Below the pieces are notes generated by a model, which was not told the DNA's origin, ran no database searches, and was given only the letters and a program-made list of their open reading frames with translations. Of a stretch of 64,000 nt of DNA, positions 49,646 through 58,134 are shown piece after piece. Source of the stretch: Pirellulales bacterium. Its GTDB lineage: Bacteria > Planctomycetota > Planctomycetia > Pirellulales > PALSA-1355. Location: positions 2,208,001 through 2,272,000 of the forward strand of contig CAVTBU010000005.1 of the NCBI GenBank assembly GCA_963733035.1, written 5' to 3'. Numbering within the stretch: position 1 is the first letter of the stretch; each line of letters starts with the position of its first letter. The position numbers and the translations under genes were made by a program.

Positions 49646-50221
49646 AGCCACCTTTCATTTATGGATGTTTTTAGCAGATTAAGTGACTATTGTAAATCTT
49701 TTATCGCATATACTGTAAATATTATCAATTCTGAACCATACGCCAAGGGCATCGCCAACACCCAAGCATCAAGTCGGCACATGGGTTGATTTCGGCGAGC
49801 CGCCGAATGTGTCGACTCCATGAGCGAGGCCCTTACGCACCACTTGCCCGGCTTCTCCCCAGCACCACGCCGATCAAGATCGAGCGGGGGCGGGTGGTGC
49901 GTGATCGCTGCGTTGCCGGTTTCGCCGGTCGATTCGGCACGCTTCGCAGCATCAGCGACGAAGAATACCACGGAGCGTTGGGCGTCGTTGTGGCTTGATA
50001 TTGCCCCCCTGATAGAATGCATCTCTCAGCGGAACAGGCACGAATCTCAACCTCGCACCGAGGCGCTACTGCTACACGGAAACGATTTCGCCAGTCGCGT
50101 CGTTACCAGTCCACGGCGGAATTGATTCCGCGGGCGCACGCCAGTCAACGCTCGGTTCGAGCGCCTCGCGGACAATCAAAAACGGACATCCGCCAAATCT
50201 CATTTCCGTGCGAGGTGTGTC

Positions 50222-50866
50222 ATGCCAGCCGTTCTGCGGTCGTGGTGCGTTTTGTTCTTGCTCTTGCCCGCGGTAGCGCGCGGCGCGTTTCTCCAGTGGA
50301 CTGTCACCAACGGTGGCAACGACCACTACTACACGTACGTCGATATGCCGACGACGTGGCAACAGGCGGCTGAACTGGCCGCCGCCATTACGTTTTACGG
50401 ACAACCGGGATATCTCGCCACGATCACCTCCGAGGGTGAGAACAATTTCATCATCGACAACTTCGATCAGCGCGGTTGGCTCGGGGGGAGCGACGCCGCG
50501 GTGGAGGGCGAGTGGCGTTGGGTCGTCGGTCCCGAGGCGGGTGAGCTCTTTTTCGTGGGCCAGTATCCCGATCCCCTTCGGCACACGCTGATCTACTCGG
50601 ACTGGGGCGGCAACGAGCCGAACGACTACGACAACACGCAATTCGGCTTCCCGTACCCCGGTGAAGATTACCTGCAATTTGATCCAGCTCGTGGTGGCGA
50701 ATGGAACGACTCCCCAGGCGACCCGCAGATCTACGACGGCTTCTACGTCGAATTTTCCGCGATCCCGGAACCAGCGAGCCTGCTGCTGTGCGGAGAGGCT
50801 GCGCTGTTTGCAATGGCCGTAGCCTGGCGCAAGCTCGCCAAGTTCAGGTCATCACGAGTGGTGTGA
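50222..50866 (+). CDS. PEP-CTERM protein with a C-type-lectin-like domain
   Basis: GYLATITSEGEN, WLGGSD, WGGNEPND and WND, then IPEPAS followed by a TM helix and basic tail. Confidence 0.85.
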   Translation: MPAVLRSWCVLFLLLPAVARGAFLQWTVTNGGNDHYYTYVDMPTTWQQAAELAAAITFYGQPGYLATITSEGENNFIIDNFDQRGWLGGSDAAVEGEWRWVVGPEAGELFFVGQYPDPLRHTLIYSDWGGNEPNDYDNTQFGFPYPGEDYLQFDPARGGEWNDSPGDPQIYDGFYVEFSAIPEPASLLLCGEAALFAMAVAWRKLAKFRSSRVV

Positions 50867-51110
50867 TGTGTGCAGCACCGTGGAATCTTGTGAGCACACC
50901 ACGTGCTATTTTGCTGGAATCCAGCCATGAGCTTCAACGCATTAATCGTATCCGGGAATCGCGTTCGAACCACCGCAGGGACGTTCGAAGAATTCGAAGC
51001 CATGGTTCTATGCTGGCAGCTGTTCGGTTGCCCCAAACTCACGCCACCGATAGACTTGACCTTGCTGCCCGAACCTCGCCCCACAGTGCTGTCGTTCCCC
51101 GGTTTTTCTT

Positions 51111-52223
51111 ATGTCGCGCATCGTGTTAGCCATGTCGGGGGGAGTGGATAGCAGCGTCGCTGCACACTTGCTCAGGCAAGCCGGGCATGACGTGATCGGC
51201 GTGTTCATGCGACACGGCGAGCCGCCCGAATCACATTGTTCGTCCGAGGATAAGCCCTCCGGTGGTCTGCCGGTTCTTGGCATTCGCACCGATCACAAGC
51301 AGGGTTGTTGCACCGCCAGCGACGCGATGGATGCCCGCCGGGTGGCCGATCGGCTGGAGATTCCGTTCTATGCCATTGACTTTCAGACCGACTTTGCACG
51401 GATCATCGACTACTTCATCGACGAGTACACGGCCGCCCGCACGCCGAACCCTTGCGTGATGTGCAACAACTGGATCAAGTTCGGCCGGTTGTTCGACTAC
51501 GCCGACAGTGTGGGGGCGGAATTTGTCGCCACGGGACACTATGCCCGCTTGGCAGATGATCCAGACGGCGGGCCCGGTCTATATCGTGGTGTCGACCTGT
51601 CGAAGGACCAGTCGTACGTGCTATTTGGCATCGAGCGCGAATATCTGCGGCGTATGCTGTTGCCGGTGGGGGGCTTTCAGAAAAGCGACATTCGCCAAAT
51701 GGCCGGCGAGTTGGGCCTGGCCGTGGCCGACAAGCGCGACAGCCAGGAGATATGTTTCGTGCCGGCAGGAAACCACGCCGAGTTCATCCGCCGCAAGCGG
51801 CCCGACACCGACTTGGCCGGCGAAGTTGTGATGTCTGACGGCCGCGTGGTCGGCACGCACGACGGGCTCGAGCGGTTCACCATCGGACAGCGCAGGGGCG
51901 TTGGCATCGCGCTGGGCGAACCACGGTTCGTCGTCCGCCTCGAACGCGATACGAACCGCGTCGTGCTCGGCTCCAAAGAAGAACTCGGACGTCGCACGCT
52001 CTCGGCCGATCGCACCAATTGGCTAGTGGCCGAGCCGCGCGAGCCCCGGCCGTGTCACATCAAGATCCGCTACAACGCGGCGCCAGCGCCCGGCAGCGTT
52101 GTGGCCCAGCCAGGCCAGCGATTGCAAGTGACGTTTGATGAGCCACAGTTTGGAGTTGCGCCGGGCCAGGCCGTCGTCTGCTACGATGGTGAGCGATTGC
52201 TCGGCGGCGGCTGGATCGAGTAG
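51111..52223 (+). CDS. mnmA: tRNA 2-thiouridylase MnmA
   Basis: [37 protein letters not shown] and TIGQRRG. Confidence 0.95.
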   Translation: MSRIVLAMSGGVDSSVAAHLLRQAGHDVIGVFMRHGEPPESHCSSEDKPSGGLPVLGIRTDHKQGCCTASDAMDARRVADRLEIPFYAIDFQTDFARIIDYFIDEYTAARTPNPCVMCNNWIKFGRLFDYADSVGAEFVATGHYARLADDPDGGPGLYRGVDLSKDQSYVLFGIEREYLRRMLLPVGGFQKSDIRQMAGELGLAVADKRDSQEICFVPAGNHAEFIRRKRPDTDLAGEVVMSDGRVVGTHDGLERFTIGQRRGVGIALGEPRFVVRLERDTNRVVLGSKEELGRRTLSADRTNWLVAEPREPRPCHIKIRYNAAPAPGSVVAQPGQRLQVTFDEPQFGVAPGQAVVCYDGERLLGGGWIE

Positions 52224-52321
52224 CCGCGTGCTGTTCGCGCGGCCGCGAGTCGGATATGCTTAACGGTACCCGAGCCTGCAAAAGTTTGGCTCCTCCAAGC
52301 GTGCACGAGAGCGAGGTGATC

Positions 52322-53362
52322 ATGATGGCTTCCGTTTGGCCGACCCTGCTTGCTCAGGCTCCCGATGCCGGCGGCCCGACTCCGGTTCACTGGGCCATCA
52401 TGCTCGGTCTGCTGTTGGCCGTGGTGTTTATGTTCATGTTCGTCGTGGCCGTGCTGGCTTATGGTCGGCTTTGGTTTCAGGCGTACATGTCGAATGCCCG
52501 CGTCGGATTCCTGAGCCTGATCGGCATGAGCTTGCGGCAGGTCAACTCGGCGGTGATTCTGAAAGCCAAGATCATGGCCCTGCAGGCCGGCGTGGGGAAC
52601 GATCCAACCACCGGCATCACCACCCGCCGGCTCGAGGCCCACTACCTGGCCGGCGGCAACGTGCCGAACGTGATCAACGCGATCATCGCCGCGCATCGGG
52701 CCGATATCGACCTGGACTTCGACCGTGCGGCCGCCATCGACCTGGCCGGACGCGACGTGCTCGAAGCCGTACGGACGAGCGTCTATCCGAAGGTGATCGA
52801 CTGCCCCGACCCGACCAAGGCGAAGAAATCGCACTTGAGCGCGGTCGCCCGCAACGGCGTGGAACTGAAGATTCGCGCGCGGGTGACGGTCCGCACGAAC
52901 CTGGCCCAGTTGATCGGCGGCGCAACCGAGGAAACGATCATCGCCCGGGTGGGCGAAGGCATCATCACGTCGATTGGTTCGGCGCAAAGTCATCTGGAGG
53001 TGATGGAAAACCCGCATCGGATTTCCAAGGCCGTACTCGACCGGGGGCTCGACGCGCATACGGCGTTTGAAATCGTGTCGATCGATATTGCCGACATCGA
53101 TGTCGGAGAAAACATCGGCGCGCGGCTGCAGGCCGATCAGGCCGAGGCCGACACGCGCGTTGCTCGGGCCAAGGCCGAGGAACGTCGAGCGAACGCGATC
53201 GCCAGCGAACAGGAAATGAAAGCGCGCGTCGCCGAAAACCGCGCTCGCGTCATTCTGGCCGAGGCCGAGGTTCCCCTCGCCATGGCCGACGCATTTCTGT
53301 CTGGCAACTTGTTCGGCCAGCACTCGCCAGATGGCCCCGGTGGCAACGGCCGCGGCACGTAA
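52322..53362 (+). CDS. floA: Flotillin-like protein FloA (YqfA/UPF0365)
   Basis: [40 protein letters not shown] and [14 protein letters not shown]. Confidence 0.92.
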   Translation: MMASVWPTLLAQAPDAGGPTPVHWAIMLGLLLAVVFMFMFVVAVLAYGRLWFQAYMSNARVGFLSLIGMSLRQVNSAVILKAKIMALQAGVGNDPTTGITTRRLEAHYLAGGNVPNVINAIIAAHRADIDLDFDRAAAIDLAGRDVLEAVRTSVYPKVIDCPDPTKAKKSHLSAVARNGVELKIRARVTVRTNLAQLIGGATEETIIARVGEGIITSIGSAQSHLEVMENPHRISKAVLDRGLDAHTAFEIVSIDIADIDVGENIGARLQADQAEADTRVARAKAEERRANAIASEQEMKARVAENRARVILAEAEVPLAMADAFLSGNLFGQHSPDGPGGNGRGT

Positions 53363-53391
53363 GACCTCTCATCGTTTCCGGAGGTCACGCC

Positions 53392-54219
53392 ATGCGAATG
53401 ATCGCCTGCGGACTTGTAGCAATCTGCGCCGTTCTGTTGCCGGCGCCTTCACCAGTCGCGGCGGCCGAGCCGGCGGGCGAAGAGTTGGAGTTGCTCCAAA
53501 CGTTTCGCGGCGAATTCGTCGAAATAACGCCGGGACAGGGCGTTTATCCGGCCAACTTCGAGATGGGCAGCGACGATGGCCCGGCCTCCGAATGTCCCCG
53601 GCACCGCGTCGAGCTTTCGGCAACGCTTGCCATTGCCCGCTACGAAGTGCCGCAGAACTTGTGGCAGGCGGTGATGGGTACGAATCCCAGCCGCTGGAAA
53701 GGGCCGCGAAATTCCGCCGAGATGCTCAGTTGGGACGATGCGGTTGAGTTTTGCCGCCGCGTGACGGAACAATTGCGGGCCGCGAAGCTGATCACGCCCG
53801 CGCAAGTCGTGCGGCTGCCGAGCGAGGCAGAGTGGGAATACATGGCTCGCGCCGGCACGACGACGCGTTATTCGTTTGGCGACGACGTCGATCAGCTCGA
53901 TGAGCACGCCTGGAGCACGCGAAACGCAGCGGGCAACGATCCGCCGGTCGGCGCGCTGAAGCCGAACCCCTGGAAGCTGTACGACGTGCATGGTTATCTG
54001 TGGGAATGGTGTGCCGACACGTGGCACGACGACTACACCGGGGCACCGACCGACGGCACTGCCTGGACCAGCGGCGGCGACGCTACCCGGCGCGTTCTTC
54101 GTGGCGGCAGTTGGAAGGACCCCGCCGAGCAGCTCACCAGCAGCTATCGCCGCGCGGCGAAGCGCGAAATGAAGGACGACGCCGTGGGCCTGCGGTGCGT
54201 CCTCTCAACCGCGCAGTAA
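53392..54219 (+). CDS. FGE-sulfatase (SUMF1) domain exported protein
   Basis: FEMGS, RLPSEAEWEYMARAG, PNPWKLYDVHGYLWEW and RGGSW. Confidence 0.9.
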   Translation: MRMIACGLVAICAVLLPAPSPVAAAEPAGEELELLQTFRGEFVEITPGQGVYPANFEMGSDDGPASECPRHRVELSATLAIARYEVPQNLWQAVMGTNPSRWKGPRNSAEMLSWDDAVEFCRRVTEQLRAAKLITPAQVVRLPSEAEWEYMARAGTTTRYSFGDDVDQLDEHAWSTRNAAGNDPPVGALKPNPWKLYDVHGYLWEWCADTWHDDYTGAPTDGTAWTSGGDATRRVLRGGSWKDPAEQLTSSYRRAAKREMKDDAVGLRCVLSTAQ

Positions 54220-54234
54220 ACATTCGCACCACGG

Positions 54235-54317
54235 GCTCAACCCGGAGGCAACGCCGATGGCGCTTGGCCCAGTTACCGACGTACCGTCGCGCCGTCGGCG
54301 TTGCCTCCTGGCTAAAC
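54235..54317. repeat. REP-like inverted repeat element, copy 1
   Basis: GCTCAACCCGGAGGCAACGCCGATGGCGC (54235-54263) versus GCGCCGTCGGCGTTGCCTCCTGGCTAAAC (54289-54317); 24/29 complementary. Confidence 0.85.
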
Positions 54318-54335
54318 ATGCGTTGCAGGATCAAT

Positions 54336-54405
54336 ACCTAATACTTTCGGTTCTTGACGTTGACAGGTTTGTTCTCGCGCGGCACAATGACCTAATCATT
54401 TAGGT
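54336..54405 (+). promoter_or_regulatory. Sigma70-type promoter of blaI flanked by two putative BlaI operators
   Basis: TTGACA (54360-54365)-N17-CACAAT (54383-54388). Palindrome ACCTAA-TCAT-TTAGGT at 54390-54405 and imperfect copy ACCTAA-TACT-TTCGGT at 54336-54351. Confidence 0.8.
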
Positions 54406-54429
54406 TATTCAGCGCGAAAGGATCTCGTC

Positions 54430-54819
54430 TTGGCCGAACTTAATCCCTCGGGCCGCGAGCTCGAGATTCTCAAGATTCTGTGGGAACTGGGTCCTTCGAC
54501 CGTGCGGCAGGTGCACGAGCGGATGGCGCCCGGCGGCGAGCTAGCGTTCAACACCGTGCAGACGCTGCTGCGGATCATGGACGATAAACGGCTGGTGAAG
54601 CATGAGCGCCGGGGCCGCACCTTCGTCTACGCGCCGCGTCACACCCGCGACCGTGAAACCTCGCGTCTGCTCGACCGCGTGTTCGACGGGGCTCTCGATC
54701 AGTTCGTCGTCAGCTTGCTGAACGCCAAAAATGTGAGCGACGAGGAGCTCAAGCATCTAGAAAAGATCATCGTCGAGGCCCGCCGACGGAAAGCGAAAAC
54801 ACGATCCAAGGGGAAATAG
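54430..54819 (+). CDS. BlaI/MecI/CopY family repressor
   Basis: RELEILKILWELGPSTVRQV, AFNTVQTLLRIMDDK and LLDRVFDG. Confidence 0.93.
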   Translation: MAELNPSGRELEILKILWELGPSTVRQVHERMAPGGELAFNTVQTLLRIMDDKRLVKHERRGRTFVYAPRHTRDRETSRLLDRVFDGALDQFVVSLLNAKNVSDEELKHLEKIIVEARRRKAKTRSKGK

Positions 54820-54821
54820 CC

Positions 54822-57800
54822 ATGCCGTGGTACGTCGCCCTGTACGAGTTGCTGTTGCATGTTTCGCTGTGCAGCCTGCTGTTGAGCGCTCTGGCGTGGT
54901 GCGCCGTCTGCATACTGCGTCAGCCGGCGCGGCGGATCGGCGTGATCCAATGGGCAATGATTGGGCTGATGGCCCTGCCCGCGATCGCGTTGGTGCCGGG
55001 GTATCCGCGGGTGGCGGTGTTGCCGGCGTGGGAAGTCGAGCCCGACGGGACCGAAGTGAAGGCCTTCCCGGCAAAGCCAGAAACTGGGAGCCCTTTGGAA
55101 AAGCTGCATTCTGCAAAGCCCTCGGCATTGCCGGGCGGCCGCACTGCCAATCATGCGGACGTACCCCCGATCCACGTCCAAACACCGCCCGCGATCAATT
55201 CTCCACAGATGGTTGCCGCTGAAGCCACCCCGTTGCGTAGCGATGATGCGCCACCCCACGCCACGCGTGTCTCGTCGCCAACGACCAAACGCTCGCCGGA
55301 CCAATTCCACGCGACGAATGCCAGCCCACCGGCGGAACGACTGGCGGACTATCGCTTATGGGTCGTTGCGATTTATCTGGGCGGCGTCGCCGCGATGCTG
55401 GGCTGGTCGTTGTTGGGCGTCTGGTCGATGCGGCGACTGGTCGCTTCGTCACAAGTCGCGGACGAACACCTGCGAAACGTACTGCGCGATTTGGCTGGCC
55501 CGGCGAGTGATCGGGTGCGGCTGCTGGTTTCGTCGCGGGCGGCGCAGCCGTGCGCATTCGGCTGGTGGCGGCCGACGATCGTTTTGCCGCAATCGCTGAT
55601 CGAATCGGGCGATCACAAGCAACGGCGATTCGCTCTCGCGCACGAGTGGTCGCACGTTTCACGCGGCGACGTCGGTGTCTGGCTACTGGCCGGACTGGCG
55701 CGAATCCTGCATTTTCATCAGCCGCTGGTGTGGTTGCTGCGCAGCCAACTCCGTTTGTCGCAAGACTACCTGGCCGACGCCGCGGCCTCCGGCGCCGGCA
55801 CGCCGGAAGATTACGCCGAGTTCCTCACCGGTGTTACGCAAAAAATGAAGCGACAAAATCTCGCCCCCGGCCTAGGTATCGCCGGCCGCCGTTCGGAGTT
55901 GCATAGGAGAGTCGTTATGCTGGTCGAAGAGCACCCTCCGCTGGAACGCGCAACGCCGAAGCGTTGGAGGGTCCTTCTCCTGCTCTCTGGTTTGCTGGCA
56001 GTCGCCACGGTTGCGAGTCTACGTGCCGAACCGAGTCGGGCAAAAAGTTCGCAACTCCCAGTCCAGCAGTCAAGTGTGAGCGAACCGCTGTCCTACGTCG
56101 AAATCAACGGGATCCGCTATCAAGAGTCGATCGACCCCAAGACGGGTAAGATCCTTCGGACGGCAGTGGGTCCGCGTGCGGCGAACAGCGAAGTGCCGCT
56201 GGAACTTCGGCCGGAGCGCATTCAAGAGAACATGCGTCGGTATAGCGCTGCCGATCTGGCCGTGCATCTCGATTCCGAAATCCGCCGTTTGGAAACACGG
56301 CTAAAAGCACTGCTCGACTTCCAATCCTTAGGCGTGATAGAGCCCGACGGACAGCTGAAGCAGAAGATTAAAGAAACACAGAAGCAGCTCGAGCAGCGGC
56401 GGGCGGAAGTACGCAAATCCGCCATTCAGTCGGCAGCGGCCAGCGAAGCAGGAATTGCATGGACGCCGCAACAGCTCCAGGCTCTGCTTGGGCAACGAGT
56501 TCAAGTCTATCGCGAGACGCTGGAACGACTACGGGAGGCTCCAGAAGATCAAGAAAAGGCGAGGACCCTCTCAAGAGAGATCTTGAGGCTAGAAGGTCGA
56601 CTCCGAGACCTAGCGAAAGACGCCGAGCCTACGGCGGTGGCAGAATCGGGCGCCGAATCGGCGGCGCAAGTATCTTCGCCGGATGTGGCGGTGGATATGC
56701 TGCTCGAAAAGGACCCTGTCATTGCAAAACTTTCGGAACAGTTGCGGGGGTACTTGAACTATCTCGAGCGGGTGAAAGCTGTCCCTGCCGACTCACCACA
56801 AATTGCGGAATATATCAACATACTCCAACGCGAGATCCTCAGGCTGGAAGAAACGAAAAACGAGCGCGTGGCAGAACTTCGCCCCCAGGTGCTCAAAAGA
56901 CTGCAGAGACAATCCTCGCAAGCGCAAGATCCTAGCAAGCAACTCGTAACTGATGTCCCCTTCTCCGGCAGAATCCGACCCGGGGATATTCTTAATCTCG
57001 GTCTGGCGGTTTATCCGACGCATTACGATCCACGCAAAACGGTGGAGCCCGACGGCAACCTGCCGATTTCCGCGGCCTACGGCTCCAAGAGCCGCATCCA
57101 CGTCGCCGGGATGACCTTGATCGAGGCCGGCAAACATATCGAACACGAGCTGCGAGAGTTCGAAAAAAATCCCAAGGTGCTCCTGACCTATGTTGGACAC
57201 GACAATGGTGTGGTGACAGCGGAGCACTGGGCAGATAGTAAACCCCCGAGCGCGGTATTATCCACTGAGCCAGTGAAACTTGCGCCGCTGGATACGATCG
57301 AGATTTGGCTGGGATCGGACTCGTGGGGAGCCTATCTCATCGAGCCGGACGGCCAGGTTCTGCTGTCCCGGGAAAGAGTCGCGATCGCCGGCAATACCGA
57401 ACAACAGGCCGCCGAAGTCGTTCGAGCGCACCTAGCCAAGCATCGGGCGCACTTGCACAAGTACTCTTCCGGTCGCAAGGCACTTCCATCGGCACACATC
57501 AAGAAACGAGGACGAGCCGTGTTCGGTCCCGGAAAGGAGCCCGGCCCCGACTACCGAATCCGAACGGGTGATCATCTGCTTCTTAATCAGGGAAATCCTT
57601 TCGATGGATCGCCCTACAAAGTGAATCAAGAAGGCGACATAGAGAAGTTCATAGGCTACCGCCAGGTCAAGGGAGAACGCATTCCCGCCGAGCATCGCAT
57701 TAAAGTTCACGTGCAAGGACTCACACTCACGGAAGCGCAGCAGGCGGTCGTCGAAGCTTCCCGGGATACTAATTTGAGCGTCACCATCGGCGATTGGCAC

Positions 57801-57917
57801 GAAGAAGCCGACCCGAAATTGATCGATCAACTAGAGCACGCCGCCGACCCCGCCGTGCAGAAACTCGAACGCGAACTCGACGAACTCAAAGCGATGATCC
57901 GCGCGCTGAAACGCTAG
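54822..57917 (+). CDS. BlaR1-type M56 peptidase with C-terminal coiled coils and three Poly_export (Wza N-terminal)-like repeats
   Basis: PCAFGWWRPTIVLP, AHEWSHV (HExxH) and LRLSQDYLAD, then a TM helix and a ~630-aa C-terminal region. Confidence 0.88.
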   Translation: MPWYVALYELLLHVSLCSLLLSALAWCAVCILRQPARRIGVIQWAMIGLMALPAIALVPGYPRVAVLPAWEVEPDGTEVKAFPAKPETGSPLEKLHSAKPSALPGGRTANHADVPPIHVQTPPAINSPQMVAAEATPLRSDDAPPHATRVSSPTTKRSPDQFHATNASPPAERLADYRLWVVAIYLGGVAAMLGWSLLGVWSMRRLVASSQVADEHLRNVLRDLAGPASDRVRLLVSSRAAQPCAFGWWRPTIVLPQSLIESGDHKQRRFALAHEWSHVSRGDVGVWLLAGLARILHFHQPLVWLLRSQLRLSQDYLADAAASGAGTPEDYAEFLTGVTQKMKRQNLAPGLGIAGRRSELHRRVVMLVEEHPPLERATPKRWRVLLLLSGLLAVATVASLRAEPSRAKSSQLPVQQSSVSEPLSYVEINGIRYQESIDPKTGKILRTAVGPRAANSEVPLELRPERIQENMRRYSAADLAVHLDSEIRRLETRLKALLDFQSLGVIEPDGQLKQKIKETQKQLEQRRAEVRKSAIQSAAASEAGIAWTPQQLQALLGQRVQVYRETLERLREAPEDQEKARTLSREILRLEGRLRDLAKDAEPTAVAESGAESAAQVSSPDVAVDMLLEKDPVIAKLSEQLRGYLNYLERVKAVPADSPQIAEYINILQREILRLEETKNERVAELRPQVLKRLQRQSSQAQDPSKQLVTDVPFSGRIRPGDILNLGLAVYPTHYDPRKTVEPDGNLPISAAYGSKSRIHVAGMTLIEAGKHIEHELREFEKNPKVLLTYVGHDNGVVTAEHWADSKPPSAVLSTEPVKLAPLDTIEIWLGSDSWGAYLIEPDGQVLLSRERVAIAGNTEQQAAEVVRAHLAKHRAHLHKYSSGRKALPSAHIKKRGRAVFGPGKEPGPDYRIRTGDHLLLNQGNPFDGSPYKVNQEGDIEKFIGYRQVKGERIPAEHRIKVHVQGLTLTEAQQAVVEASRDTNLSVTIGDWHEEADPKLIDQLEHAADPAVQKLERELDELKAMIRALKR

Positions 57918-57929
57918 CACGTGCCACCC

Positions 57930-58134
57930 GTTTAGCCCGGAGGCAACGCCGACGGTGTTGCACGCGTTCGTTCGCCGCGACGATTCCGGCATTGACCGTC
58001 GCTGGCGGGTTAAACTCGCTGCGCATGCGATCGCGTGGTGTGAGAACCCTTGCGCCGCCGGCCATCGACGCCGTAATTTGGACCGCGATCAAATGCAAAC
58101 ATCCAACGCCGTCGGCAGTGCCTCCGGGCTATAC
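57930..58134. repeat. REP-like inverted repeat element, copy 2 (longer spacer)
   Basis: GTTTAGCCCGGAGGCAACGCCGACGGTGTTG (57930-57960) versus CAACGCCGTCGGCAGTGCCTCCGGGCTATAC (58104-58134); 27/31 complementary. Confidence 0.85.

Noticed and set aside
54430..57917. Beta-lactam resistance locus
   Set aside because: No penicillin-binding sensor domain and no beta-lactamase adjacent.
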